Shown: positions 1-9,860 of the stretch, one piece after another
Position numbering within the stretch: the stretch's first letter is position 1
Layout of the letters: every line of letters begins with the position of its first letter
From: Verrucomicrobiota bacterium
Lineage (GTDB): Bacteria > Verrucomicrobiota > Verrucomicrobiia > Chthoniobacterales > JAFAMB01
Direction of reading: 5' to 3'
NCBI GenBank assembly: GCA_019246215.1
Contig: JAFAQT010000001.1
Coordinates: forward strand, 5,225 to 69,224
DNA: 64,000 nt
The notes under the pieces: model-generated
Databases searched by the model: none
What the model was told of the DNA's origin: nothing
Seen by the model: the letters and a program-made list of their open reading frames with translations, nothing else
Made by a program: the position numbers and the translations under genes

Positions 1-476
1 CGCTTCATTGCGTAATTAAACGCTGACTGATTGTATCGTTTCAGCGTACTTGCCGCGTTGAAAACCTCGACGGCGTCAATCGGCAGAGTGTCCAGGACGT
101 TCTCACGTATGCCTGCGCGGAAAAGATCGTACGGGTGTGGGGGTATCGCCAAGCCGCCTGCCTCGTGAATCAGATGACAGACATCGAGTGCGGGTCTTCC
201 CTTTAAATACGGCAGGATGGCTCCGATACAGAGTAGGTGACCTTCTGCCGTGGTGACTTCGACACCCGGAACGATCATAAAGTTGTTTACCGGCAGGCCA
301 TCTTCCCGCATCAAGCTTTTGTCCAGGAGATAGGTAATCGCGTCACAGGTATTATGATCAGTGATCACAAAAGCGTTGAGGCCCTTCTTGCGCGCGGCCT
401 CAATAAGTTGTTCCGGACTGCTGACCCCATCGCCGGAAAAGAATGAATGGCAATGCAGGTCAATTTTCACAGACAT
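1..476 (-). CDS. PHP-domain metal-dependent phosphoesterase (N-terminal part; gene runs off the window start)
   Basis: Absent from the ORF track because no stop lies in the window. Manual reverse translation from ATG at 476..474 gives MSVKIDLHCHSFFSGDGVSSPEQLIEAARKKGLNAFVITDHNT...VPGVEVTTAEGHLL...IPPHPYD. These are the HxH, ITDHN and E..H metal-ligand motifs typical of the PHP family. Confidence 0.7.
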   Translation of the reverse strand, partial: MSVKIDLHCHSFFSGDGVSSPEQLIEAARKKGLNAFVITDHNTCDAITYLLDKSLMREDGLPVNNFMIVPGVEVTTAEGHLLCIGAILPYLKGRPALDVCHLIHEAGGLAIPPHPYDLFRAGIRENVLDTLPIDAVEVFNAASTLKRYNQSAFNYAMK

Positions 477-614
477 GATTTCCAGATTATAGCGGAAATG
501 AAATGCGCCAACTAAAATTCCCGAGGCTCTTTCAGGCGAGTTTTCCGGCGACGCCGGAATATTCTGCTGAAGTTCTTCGGTGCAAACATCGGGGATTGGG
601 GTTAATAAAAATCT

Positions 615-1298
615 ATGGATGGACGAATAGCCGAGTCTAGCCTAGGCACGAAAGAAGCGATCACCGAGAAGCGCTTAACCGGGGTTCCCGCTTTCAAAGA
701 ATGGGCCATCATCTGTGCGTCGATCGAACGCGGTGGGACAAGCTTGATTTTTCGAAAGGGCGGAATTGCTGAAGGTGCAAAGGGGTTCCAATTCAAACAT
801 CGGCGATTCTTTCTATTCCCGACATATTTTCATGAACAAGTCAAGCGGACGCGCCTTAGTGGGGAATACGACATAACACCGCGGAATGACTGCGTGGCGG
901 TTTCCCTCTTCGCGGAGGTTGAGTTTGCCATTTTCTTGCGAGACTTGCGCCTAATTCAGGGTTTGAGCTCGCTTCACGTCTTGCAATCGACCGTCCTGGA
1001 GGAGCGCTTTCATTACGATAAACCAGAAGGTCTGTACGTGGCCTTCCTGCGCGCATTTCATATCTTTCCAGTTTGGGAGTTGCCGTGCCATGCTTCCTAT
1101 GGCGGATGCCGCTCCTGGGTTACTCTGCCTGGCCCGCCCGCTGATCTAAAAAAAGAACCTGTGCTCACAGACGAAGAACAAAACCGTCGACGTTCCTTGT
1201 GCCTCGCTATTTCGGAGACTCCACACTCGAATCCGGTCACATATACAGTAACTGAATTCGCTGGAACGTCGCAGCCACCCGATCCCGAACGCGATTGA
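615..1298 (+). CDS. DUF1802-like conserved hypothetical protein
   Basis: 227-aa ORF. The segment PAFKEWAIICASIERGGTSLIFRKGGIAE...FFLFPTYFHE resembles the DUF1802 family as I recall it. The 3' end overlaps the convergent gene by about 60 nt, so the true end is uncertain. Confidence 0.5.
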   Translation: MDGRIAESSLGTKEAITEKRLTGVPAFKEWAIICASIERGGTSLIFRKGGIAEGAKGFQFKHRRFFLFPTYFHEQVKRTRLSGEYDITPRNDCVAVSLFAEVEFAIFLRDLRLIQGLSSLHVLQSTVLEERFHYDKPEGLYVAFLRAFHIFPVWELPCHASYGGCRSWVTLPGPPADLKKEPVLTDEEQNRRRSLCLAISETPHSNPVTYTVTEFAGTSQPPDPERD

Positions 1299-1713
1299 TT
1301 TCGCGAGAATCTGAATGGCGGCTTAGAGAGCTGATCAGATGATCGAAAATAGGTCGTGCATCTACGAGCTTTGATTTCAGAGACTCCATATAATCCGCCA
1401 TTGTCTTCTTTGAGTCGGGATCTTCGCCCATGGATTTCACAATTTGGGAGTCTGCGAATCGTTCCTTATTCGCATTGAATTCGTCGACAAACTTGTTGGC
1501 CTGGTCACAAAATTTGTCCGCCGCCTTTATTAAGTCCGATTCTGTTGTTACGGCATCGAGTGCCGATCCGAGATCGTTGATCGCAGACAGGTAGACAGCA
1601 AAAGGCTGCTTGTATCGATCGATGATGGCTTGTTTCTCCGGATCCAGCCCGAAGGCCGCAAGATTTAGGACGAAAAGAGCCGACCCCAGAAAGACCGCAA
1701 ACTTCCAATTCAT
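1237..1713 (-). CDS. hypothetical secreted or membrane-anchored helical protein
   Basis: ORF 1237..1767. I prefer the internal start MNWKFAVFLGSALFVLNLAAFG (a signal/anchor-like segment) at 1713. No recognisable family. Confidence 0.4.
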   Translation of the reverse strand: MNWKFAVFLGSALFVLNLAAFGLDPEKQAIIDRYKQPFAVYLSAINDLGSALDAVTTESDLIKAADKFCDQANKFVDEFNANKERFADSQIVKSMGEDPDSKKTMADYMESLKSKLVDARPIFDHLISSLSRHSDSREINRVRDRVAATFQRIQLLYM

Positions 1714-1841
1714 AAAGATGTCATACCGGGATTGCGGGACATTGTTTGAGGGTTGCCCGGGAATCAATCAAAAATTTGGATCTGTCCTTCTGGGCAGATG
1801 TGTTGTGCGCGTGCGTTTCGCGTGAGCGTGTGAAGCGCCGA

Positions 1842-2603
1842 TTAATGGGTGGCTTTCGCGATCAAGTAATTACTCACAACCGACCGGCCTTCCGAGAAGA
1901 TCGTCTGCCCATCGGTCCTAGCGTAGAATGTTGTAGAGGATCCACCATCGAAATTTAATGCGCGGCTGATGTGATGGTCCGGAACCATCGTCGCCTGCCT
2001 CAGAATATCGCCCATCTCCTTCAAAGTAACCGATCGGCAGATACCGAAACCCCATTCTGAGCGATCGCACGAAAAAATAAAGGTGCGTGCCGCGACGCGT
2101 CTGTTGTCGAGCCCGGCCACGGTTTGTCCGGCTTCCACTAGAAATGGCCCGCATTGGATGGCTTCATGAATTCCTTTTGTTCCTGGAAATTGTTCGGTTC
2201 GCGCCAGCAAGGGAAGATGATTTCTCACATAAAATATCCCGGACAAGAGCTTCGCTTTTTGCAGACGGTGAACCACATGATCGTTGCTGATCAGCAGCCC
2301 AATCGCCTCGAAATTCTCGTCAAAATACCCGCCATTGATCCCCGCTAGTCCTCCACCAGCTTCAATAGCGTCTCTCAACGCTCGAGTCCTTCCCTCAGTG
2401 TTCGCGATTACCTCGAGCCTTACGTCAGCTGCGGCAAAATAAACCAGTTTAATTTCAGCTTCAGCGACGCCGTTACTTACACGAAACTCTGAGGCTGCCA
2501 GCTTTCCGTCCAGTACAGGTTGATCGCGTCGGTCAAGCACTATCCAATCGGCGTATAAGCATAATGGGCTGAGAAGAAAGAGCAGAAGAAGCTTTTTCAC
2601 CAT
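1842..2603 (-). CDS. phosphodiester glycosidase family protein (DUF2233/NAGPA-like), secreted
   Basis: 253 aa with signal peptide MVKKLLLLFLLSPLCLYA. GINGGYF and LNFDGGSSTTF motifs are typical of this family. Confidence 0.6.
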   Translation of the reverse strand: MVKKLLLLFLLSPLCLYADWIVLDRRDQPVLDGKLAASEFRVSNGVAEAEIKLVYFAAADVRLEVIANTEGRTRALRDAIEAGGGLAGINGGYFDENFEAIGLLISNDHVVHRLQKAKLLSGIFYVRNHLPLLARTEQFPGTKGIHEAIQCGPFLVEAGQTVAGLDNRRVAARTFIFSCDRSEWGFGICRSVTLKEMGDILRQATMVPDHHISRALNFDGGSSTTFYARTDGQTIFSEGRSVVSNYLIAKATH

Positions 2604-2648
2604 GAAAACCTGGCGTTCTTAACTATGTACGGTGCAACGAATGGCAGG

Positions 2649-3578
2649 TCATTTTACTCCGGTCGCCAAAAGTGTTTGAAAATACGGGCTATTCAGTTCT
2701 CTCGAAACAATCTGTACGTCGTTTTCTCGAAAGCCGGCCTGTTCCAGCAGATGCACAAGTTCGACCTCGGTGAATCCGAGCCAAAGATCCGCGTATAATT
2801 CTCTTGCCTGCTCGAAGCCATGGGCGAGCAGATCCAGGATCACAAGGCGCCCACCCCCACGCAGGATTCTTCTGGCTGCCGCGATTGCCCTTTGCGGGCT
2901 GTTGGCGTGGTGGAGTGCCTGACTGAATATTGCCAGATCAATTGAATCATCCGATATGGGTGGGTCTTCAAGGTCACCGAGACGGTACTCCAAGTTGGTG
3001 ATCCCTTGATCCTTGGCAAGTTGGGACCCGATTTCGACCATGCGCTCGGAAATATCGAGGGCGATCACATTCCGAGCGCTTTTAGAGAGAATTTGGGAGA
3101 GTGTTCCTTCGCCTGCGCCCAAGTCTGCGACATCAATGGACGGGATCATGGTCAGGAAAAGATGTGCCAGAGCTTGCCAGGATCTTCCAGGGCAGTAACT
3201 GCGTCCAAACTTTCCGGCGAGCCTGTTGAAATACTCGCGGGTGCGGTTCTTTCGCTTGGCGATCACATGCTGAAGGCTGGAGCGATCCAAAGCGGCTTGC
3301 GGCATATCCGCGACGGCCAACCGGATGAGATTTCGCAGTTCAGGTTCCTTAATTGGACCGCTCAGGGACCAGCTGTAATAGATATTTTTCCCGGCCCGCC
3401 GATCCTGGACCAGGCGGCTTCGTTTCAGGTGGGCGAGGTGAGTCGAAATGCGTGATTGGCCCATCCCGAGAATCTCCTGGATCTCTGCTACTGACAATTC
3501 TTCGCTCTGAAGAATATGCATCAAACGGACCCGAGTTGGATCGGATAATGTACGTAGAGAATTCAGCATTGACGTCAT
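2649..3578 (-). CDS. sahR: ArsR-family HTH fused to a SAM/SAH-binding methyltransferase fold; SahR-like regulator of the SAM cycle
   Basis: The N-terminus LSDPTRVRLMHILQSEELSVAEIQEILGMGQSRISTHLAHLKRSRLV is an ArsR winged helix. The C-terminus has a class I methyltransferase motif (VADLGAGEGTLS ... VIALDIS). The gene is divergent from metK-ahcY. Confidence 0.65.
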   Translation of the reverse strand: MTSMLNSLRTLSDPTRVRLMHILQSEELSVAEIQEILGMGQSRISTHLAHLKRSRLVQDRRAGKNIYYSWSLSGPIKEPELRNLIRLAVADMPQAALDRSSLQHVIAKRKNRTREYFNRLAGKFGRSYCPGRSWQALAHLFLTMIPSIDVADLGAGEGTLSQILSKSARNVIALDISERMVEIGSQLAKDQGITNLEYRLGDLEDPPISDDSIDLAIFSQALHHANSPQRAIAAARRILRGGGRLVILDLLAHGFEQARELYADLWLGFTEVELVHLLEQAGFRENDVQIVSRELNSPYFQTLLATGVK

Positions 3579-3685
3579 GGAAATACGGTCGATATATCAG
3601 CGTATCATGATTGGTCAATATCCGCACCTGCCTTCCCAGCTCTCGGTCCACGCTGGATTCTAAACTCACTGTCCTCTCCTCATTT

Positions 3686-4864
3686 ATGGCACGCCGTAAC
3701 ATATTTTCCTCTGAATCTGTGGCCGAAGGGCATCCAGATAAAGTCTGCGATACCATTTCAGATCAAATCTTAGATGCTTGTTTAACTCAGGACTCAAAGA
3801 GCCGCGTAGCCTGCGAAACTCTCGTCAAAGGTAATCTGGTTGTGATCGCGGGTGAAATTACCACCAACGCCCGTTTCGATTATCTCGACGAGGTCCGTTC
3901 GGCTATACGTGAAATCGGTTATGTCTATGAGGATTCCCAGTTTCATGCTGATACCTGCGTAATTGTCCAGGCCCTGAGCCGTCAATCGCGCGACATCGCT
4001 CAAGGCGTCGACGCCAAAGCCGCCGAAGGGAAAGAAACGGACGAACAGGGAGCCGGTGATCAAGGGTTGATGTTTGGCTTTGCGGTTCGCGAGACGCCGG
4101 AATTGATGCCAGCGCCCATCCAATTGAGCCATAGACTTGGCCGGGAGTTGACCCGCCTCCGCAAATCCGGCGAACTGCCTTGGCTTCGTCCCGATGCCAA
4201 GACGCAGGTTTCAATCGAGTACGAAGGGTATCGCCCTATCCGAGTCGATACGGTTGTGATCTCCACGCAGCATGCCGCGGACGTAAAACACAGAGAAATT
4301 CGCGAGACATTGATCGAACGAGTGATCAAAGGAGTGATCCCATTGGATTGGATCGATTCTTCTACCCGATATCTCATTAATCCGACAGGCCGGTTTGTGA
4401 TTGGGGGACCGGAAGGCGACTCCGGACTGACCGGGCGCAAAATTATTGTTGATACCTATGGCGGAATGGGTCGTCACGGTGGCGGCGCGTTTTCAGGTAA
4501 GGATCCATCCAAAGTAGACCGTTCCGCCGCTTACATGGGAAGGTATGTCGCGAAAAACGTGGTCGCCGCTGGACTCGCGGACCGTTGCGAAGTGCAATTC
4601 GCCTATGCAATCGGGTATCCGGATCCGGTCAGCATTTCAGTCAATACGTTTGAGACCTCGACAGTGGACGAAGAAAAAATCGAACAAGCCATCCGGGAAG
4701 TTTTCAATTTCAAACCGGCTGCGATCATCCAGCAGCTTGAACTGCTCCGTCCTATTTATAAGAAGACAACCAATTATGGGCACTTTGGCCGCGAAGACGA
4801 TCTGGAAGCTCTCCGCTGGGAACGGACGGACAAGGCCGATGCACTGAAGCAATTCGTCCCCTGA
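3686..4864 (+). CDS. metK: S-adenosylmethionine synthase
   Basis: [22 protein letters not shown] start, plus [10 protein letters not shown] and [16 protein letters not shown] motifs. The ORF-track start at 3611 is an upstream in-frame extension, so I chose the ATG at 3686. Confidence 0.95.
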   Translation: MARRNIFSSESVAEGHPDKVCDTISDQILDACLTQDSKSRVACETLVKGNLVVIAGEITTNARFDYLDEVRSAIREIGYVYEDSQFHADTCVIVQALSRQSRDIAQGVDAKAAEGKETDEQGAGDQGLMFGFAVRETPELMPAPIQLSHRLGRELTRLRKSGELPWLRPDAKTQVSIEYEGYRPIRVDTVVISTQHAADVKHREIRETLIERVIKGVIPLDWIDSSTRYLINPTGRFVIGGPEGDSGLTGRKIIVDTYGGMGRHGGGAFSGKDPSKVDRSAAYMGRYVAKNVVAAGLADRCEVQFAYAIGYPDPVSISVNTFETSTVDEEKIEQAIREVFNFKPAAIIQQLELLRPIYKKTTNYGHFGREDDLEALRWERTDKADALKQFVP

Positions 4865-4916
4865 AACCCCACCCATTGACAGTTCCATTCACCTTACCAT
4901 CTCCGATTCAATTTAC

Positions 4917-6236
4917 ATGAGCACTGTGACCATAACCCGATCCGCAGATTACAAAGTCGCTGACCTCGGACTAGCCGAGTTCGGCAGAAAAGAAATTGAA
5001 ATAGCCGAAACGGAGATGCCTGGATTGATGGCGCTGCGTGCGGAGTTTGGGACCGCGAGACCGCTCGCTGGCGCTCGAATAGCAGGCTGCCTGCATATGA
5101 CAATTCAAACGGCGGTATTGATCGAAACGCTGATTGAATTGGGAGCATCGATTCGCTGGTCGAGCTGTAACATCTTCTCGACCCAGGATCATGCTGCTGC
5201 CGCACTTGCTGCGCAGGGCATTCCGGTATTCGCATGGAAGGGCGAGACACTCGAAGAATACGATTGGTGTATTGAACAGACGGTTTTCTGGCCCGATGGT
5301 CAGCCACTTAATATGATCCTGGACGACGGTGGCGATCTGACCGCGATCGTCCACCAAAAATATCCGCATTTGTTAAAGGGGATCCGCGGGCTTTCCGAAG
5401 AGACAACGACTGGTGTTCACCGCCTCTACCAGATGATGGAACGCGGCGAACTTGGCTGCCCCGCCTTTAATGTCAACGATTCTTGCACAAAATCGAAGTT
5501 CGACAACCTGTACGGCTGTCGTGAATCGCTGTTGGACGGCTTGAAGCGGGCGACGGACGTGATGATTGCCGGCAAAGTCGCTGTTGTTTGCGGGTATGGC
5601 GACGTCGGAAAAGGATGCGCGCAATCGCTGAAAGGACAAGGGGCTCGGGTCATCGTGACCGAGATCGATCCAATCTGCGCTCTTCAGGCAGCAATGGAAG
5701 GATATCAGGTCGCGACCCTTGAAGAGGTCGTTCAGGAAGGGGATATCTTCATCACGGCCACTGGATGCCGGGATATCATCCGGCGTGAACATCTCGACGC
5801 GATGAAGAACCAGGCGATCGTGGCGAATATCGGGCACTTCGATCTCGAAATTGACGTTGCGAGCGTGTTCAATGACAAGAACTTAAAACGCATTAAAATA
5901 AAGCCGCAGGTTGACCAGGCGGAGTGGCCGAATGGGAAACGTGTGACCATCCTCGCCGAAGGTCGCCTGATGAACTTGGGTTGCGCTACCGGGCATCCCT
6001 CTTTCGTTATGAGCGCCTCCTTCACCAACCAAGTCATGGCGCAAGTCGAGTTATTTACCCATCAGGGGATCTACGAAAATAAGGTCTATGTATTACCTAA
6101 GAAGCTTGACGAGAAGGTCGCCCGTCTGCACCTCGCCAAACTAGGAGTAAACTTAACTCAATTAACCGATACGCAGGCGAGTTACCTTGGCATTCCCGTT
6201 GAGGGGCCGTATAAACCGGATTTTTATCGATACTAA
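4917..6236 (+). CDS. ahcY: adenosylhomocysteinase
   Basis: 439 aa with [27 protein letters not shown], the NAD site [10 protein letters not shown], and the C-terminal PDFYRY. Confidence 0.95.
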   Translation: MSTVTITRSADYKVADLGLAEFGRKEIEIAETEMPGLMALRAEFGTARPLAGARIAGCLHMTIQTAVLIETLIELGASIRWSSCNIFSTQDHAAAALAAQGIPVFAWKGETLEEYDWCIEQTVFWPDGQPLNMILDDGGDLTAIVHQKYPHLLKGIRGLSEETTTGVHRLYQMMERGELGCPAFNVNDSCTKSKFDNLYGCRESLLDGLKRATDVMIAGKVAVVCGYGDVGKGCAQSLKGQGARVIVTEIDPICALQAAMEGYQVATLEEVVQEGDIFITATGCRDIIRREHLDAMKNQAIVANIGHFDLEIDVASVFNDKNLKRIKIKPQVDQAEWPNGKRVTILAEGRLMNLGCATGHPSFVMSASFTNQVMAQVELFTHQGIYENKVYVLPKKLDEKVARLHLAKLGVNLTQLTDTQASYLGIPVEGPYKPDFYRY

Positions 6237-6324
6237 TAGATTGAAATGTATTTCGTAGTGAGTCTGGTGCCCACCTGATCGATGCGTGCGAGCGGTTTTC
6301 AAGGGCAGTTCGTCTCTATGCATC

Positions 6325-7719
6325 ATGGAAGATCTCCCCACTCAAATTCGGGCGAAGATGGAAGCGGCGGGACTCAGCTCCGCCGCGGTCGGTGCGTTCC
6401 TGTATCAATATCGTAAGCTCGCCCGGAATGAGGCTGGCTTAATACCGGAGAATTCAATTTCTCCGGTCGGAAACTTGCCTTTCATCGATGACGAATCGGT
6501 CTGGGGCGAGCAGTCGAACCTGGCGACTCAAACGGTTTTGTTAAAGCTAAACGGCGGTCTTGGCACCGGGATGGGTTTGGAAAAAGCCAAGAGCCTGCTG
6601 AGGGTTCGGGATGAATTTACCTTCCTTGATATCATCGCCCGGCAATGTTTGCATCTGCGGTCGGCGGTCGCTCCGCAACTCAGACTGTTGTTTATGAACA
6701 GCTTCAGCACAAGCAGCGATACCGCTGCGGCGCTGGCGAGCTATCCCGGGCTAGGCGATCCCAAACAACTGGAGTTGATGCAGAACAAAGTACCAAAGAT
6801 CGATGTGAAAACACTCGAGCCTGCCGAATGGCCACAGAATCGATCTCTGGAATGGTGCCCGCCGGGGCACGGCGATCTTTATACGGCTCTTTTGGGCTCC
6901 GGTTTGCTCGAACGATTGTTAAATGAAGGCAAAAAATATTTGTTCGTCTCAAATTCCGACAATCTTGGTGCCACCCTGGATCTCCGGTTGTTAGATTTCT
7001 TTGCTAGCTCCGCTGCGCCGTTTCTGATGGAGGTCACTTCTCGTACCGCTGCCGATCGGAAGGGAGGCCATTTGGCCCGTAAAAATGCCGATCAACGTCT
7101 TTTGCTCCGCGAATTTGCGCAATGTCCCGAGAAGGATGTGGCTTCCTTTCAGAACATTGCGCGGCACCGCTATTTCAATACCAACAATCTCTGGATTCGT
7201 TTGGATGCCTTGCACGCCGTCCTGGAATGTAGCGACGGTTTACTGCCCCTACCGCTGATTCGAAACGAGAAGACGATAGATCCGCGAGATAAATCGACGC
7301 CTAAAGTCTATCAGCTCGAGACCGCAATGGGGGCCGCAATCGAATGTTTTGATGACGCAAGAGCGATCGAGGTGCAGCGTAGTCGTTTTGCGCCGGTTAA
7401 GACGACGGCCGATTTGTTGGCTGTCCGCTCCGACGCTTATGAATTGGATTCTGAATTCAAGCTGGTGCTGCGGCCCGAACGGAACGGGGTGCCGCCCGTG
7501 GTGAAATTAAGCGATCACTACAAGTTAGTTGATGAATTTGAACCGCTTATTGCCCGTGGTGTGCCGTCGCTGGCGCGTTGCCACAGCCTCACGGTCGAGG
7601 GCAAGATGGTATTTGAGCCGGGCGTGGAAATAGTAGGGGAGGTCAAATTCGTCGCACCAGGTGAAGATACGAAAACTGTCGCTGCGGGCACTTATCAGAA
7701 CAGGGAGGTGGCTTTGTAA
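6325..7719 (+). CDS. UTP--glucose-1-phosphate uridylyltransferase, eukaryote-type UDPGP family
   Basis: LKLNGGLGTGMGLEKAKSLL, FMNSFSTS..T and NSDNLGA motifs match the UDPGP (UGP2-like) family rather than GalU. I prefer the ATG at 6325 over the GTG at 6286. Confidence 0.75.
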   Translation: MEDLPTQIRAKMEAAGLSSAAVGAFLYQYRKLARNEAGLIPENSISPVGNLPFIDDESVWGEQSNLATQTVLLKLNGGLGTGMGLEKAKSLLRVRDEFTFLDIIARQCLHLRSAVAPQLRLLFMNSFSTSSDTAAALASYPGLGDPKQLELMQNKVPKIDVKTLEPAEWPQNRSLEWCPPGHGDLYTALLGSGLLERLLNEGKKYLFVSNSDNLGATLDLRLLDFFASSAAPFLMEVTSRTAADRKGGHLARKNADQRLLLREFAQCPEKDVASFQNIARHRYFNTNNLWIRLDALHAVLECSDGLLPLPLIRNEKTIDPRDKSTPKVYQLETAMGAAIECFDDARAIEVQRSRFAPVKTTADLLAVRSDAYELDSEFKLVLRPERNGVPPVVKLSDHYKLVDEFEPLIARGVPSLARCHSLTVEGKMVFEPGVEIVGEVKFVAPGEDTKTVAAGTYQNREVAL

Positions 7720-7732
7720 GATTAGTGCGATC

Positions 7733-8548
7733 TTAGAGTCTAACAAAATCCCACAAAAATCGGAACCATAGGTAAAACATTCCGCGCCACGTGTAGCGAA
7801 CTTGTTCCTTATCGACATGTGCCAAGAGCCCGGCGCGCACGTTGTGAGTGATCTGCGCGGTCAAGTCTTGCTGCAACAGTATCTGAATCTGCAGGGGATC
7901 AAGTTTGGGGATTGCGTCTACTGATATGTTGTGGCGCGACAGCAAATGCTGATGCGCCTCGCACAGGCCGACGAACGAAGCAGTGGATCGAACGCGTTGA
8001 ATGTGAGTATGGGGCAGGAATTTTAACGAGTACGAAAACGGATAGTTCCAGGTTGTAAAAACCTGTCCGTCCAATAGACGCGTCACGAGACTTATGTAAT
8101 AAAAGGCGATGTTGCCCTCATCAATCAGGCAAAGAGCGGCTTGGGTTTGATCGCTTGGTCGGTGAAATAACCTCAAAAATTGGCGTTGCGTATCCCAGTC
8201 GCAACCGAGGTCATTGACGAGCTCGAAGCCTTGCTGCTCGATTTCTTCAGTCAGAGAATCGAGATTCGGAAATAGATCTCGACCGGGCGGATTTTTGTGG
8301 GCAAGCTCACGGTCGAGAGGCATTCGTAAGGTCCGGATTTTGGTCAGAATCTCAAGCCAGGGCAAGAAGATCCAGAGGGCTGCTGCTGCAAGACCTACGA
8401 CCCAGTTCCCGGATGGCAAATATCCAAGCAAAAACGAAACCGCAAACAAGCAGAGTACGCAGAGTCTTTGGGCAATCGGGTGATCGAAAGACCGAAATGC
8501 AATGCCCAGGACAGCCACCCCTAATACTAATAGAATAGACGAAAGCAT
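7733..8548 (-). CDS. hypothetical integral membrane protein
   Basis: 271-aa ORF with about three N-terminal hydrophobic helices. It is the last gene of the parB-led minus-strand gene string. No family recognised. Confidence 0.5.
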   Translation of the reverse strand: MLSSILLVLGVAVLGIAFRSFDHPIAQRLCVLCLFAVSFLLGYLPSGNWVVGLAAAALWIFLPWLEILTKIRTLRMPLDRELAHKNPPGRDLFPNLDSLTEEIEQQGFELVNDLGCDWDTQRQFLRLFHRPSDQTQAALCLIDEGNIAFYYISLVTRLLDGQVFTTWNYPFSYSLKFLPHTHIQRVRSTASFVGLCEAHQHLLSRHNISVDAIPKLDPLQIQILLQQDLTAQITHNVRAGLLAHVDKEQVRYTWRGMFYLWFRFLWDFVRL

Positions 8549-8565
8549 CGTAAATACAGGGTCTG

Positions 8566-8820
8566 TTAAGGCAGGATCTTATGTTCACTTAAAAATTCTT
8601 CAAGCTCATCAGGTCCGAAGTCGGGAAGAACCAACTCTCCAAAGAGCAGCGTAGGCGTGGAAGTCTGGCCCGAAACGCGTCTCAGTTCCTTTAACGAATC
8701 AGGATCCCGACGCACATCCACGCGTTGATATTGATAGCCGCCCTTTTCGAGATAATCTTCGGCCATGCGACACCATGGACACCCGGTCTTAACGTAAAGG
8801 ATCATTGACGTTGAGCTCAT
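8566..8820 (-). CDS. glutaredoxin-family small thiol oxidoreductase
   Basis: LYVKTGCPWC active site and TPTLLF motif. The start overlaps the upstream stop (ATGA). Confidence 0.75.
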   Translation of the reverse strand: MSSTSMILYVKTGCPWCRMAEDYLEKGGYQYQRVDVRRDPDSLKELRRVSGQTSTPTLLFGELVLPDFGPDELEEFLSEHKILP

Positions 8821-9860
8821 CGCGTGGTTCTCTCGGCGGCGATGAAGTAAAGGACCAGCTTCCCGATTTTCGCAAGAGAATCGGAGTCCAGTCGATCGAG
8901 GGTGTCATCTGCGGTATTCAAAAACGGGAAGTTCGCGTCCAGGAGCGCAATACTAGGAATACCTGCCTGCGCAAACGGTGTGTGGTCCGCAAGAATGGAA
9001 CGGTTGGCAGCTTCGAGCGTAAACCCTAGAACCAGCGCGGCTTTTTTCAGCGCGCTGACCAGGTTCGGGTCGCTGTCGGGTAGATAGTCCAACGAGGCAC
9101 CTCCGAGGTTTTCCAAAAGGATGGCGGCCCGATAATTGCCGGCCCGATGTTCCACCCGGAGCAGCTGGGCGTAGAAGCGGCTGCCGAAGAGGCCGTCGTT
9201 CAGGGTGAGTTCTCGAAATGGTGCGTGGCCGTCTATAAGAACGAGCTCTATATTTCCGGCCAACTCTGGATCCAGGACCAGAGTTCGGGCAAGCTCTATT
9301 AAAACAGCGGTATTCCCCCCGCCATCACTGGCGCCGGGATCTTGAAACTCCCGAGTTGCAGGGGTATCAAAGTGAGCACCAATCAGGACTCGTTGAGACG
9401 ATGCCGGATAGCACGGAAAGCGCGCGATGACATTACAAAATTCGATTTCCCGCCCATCCGGCGCCTGCTCAGTGAGCCGCTGTTCGCTAGTTTGCCAGCC
9501 GAGACGGGTCAAACGATCGACGAGATGCTGGCGAAGATCTTTGTTCGCATCGCTACCGGATGGTCTGGGACCGAAACCGATGAGCGTTTTCGCTTCGGCG
9601 AAAGCTTGGCGTCCCTCGAAATCGGTCCAGATTCTCTCTCGGCGCGGCGGCAGCGTTCCATTCGAAATAGAAGCATTAGCATTCCTTGAATCAGCCTTAG
9701 ACTTTTGGGAGTCAACACGTTTCGAAGTGTCGCCCGGTTTGCAACTGAGGACTATCAATAACAAGCTCAAAAACCAGACCGCTCCCGTTGACGAACGAAG
9801 TTCAGACTTTTTTTTTGACGCCGGAAGCTTTCCTTGGTCTCCCAATCCCGCACTTCTCAC
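8817..9860 (-). CDS. M28-family metallopeptidase (aminopeptidase / glutaminyl-cyclase-like), secreted
   Basis: VLIGAHFDT and GASDGGGNTAVLIELAR motifs with a downstream D/H metal ligand pattern. An N-terminal membrane/signal segment is present. The start overlaps the parB stop by 4 nt. Confidence 0.65.
   Translation of the reverse strand: MRSAGLGDQGKLPASKKKSELRSSTGAVWFLSLLLIVLSCKPGDTSKRVDSQKSKADSRNANASISNGTLPPRRERIWTDFEGRQAFAEAKTLIGFGPRPSGSDANKDLRQHLVDRLTRLGWQTSEQRLTEQAPDGREIEFCNVIARFPCYPASSQRVLIGAHFDTPATREFQDPGASDGGGNTAVLIELARTLVLDPELAGNIELVLIDGHAPFRELTLNDGLFGSRFYAQLLRVEHRAGNYRAAILLENLGGASLDYLPDSDPNLVSALKKAALVLGFTLEAANRSILADHTPFAQAGIPSIALLDANFPFLNTADDTLDRLDSDSLAKIGKLVLYFIAAERTTR

Noticed and set aside
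237-446. 69-aa plus-strand ORF at the window start
   Set aside because: It lies antisense inside the much better supported PHP-domain gene (1..476, minus strand). It has no recognisable motifs.
3611-3685. Upstream in-frame extensions of the ORF-track models for metK (3611), rpoC (40332), mutS (50222), the L,D-transpeptidase (46820), UGPase (6286) and sufB (54608)
   Set aside because: The extensions add non-conserved residues or overlap neighbouring genes. Internal ATGs give canonical N-termini.
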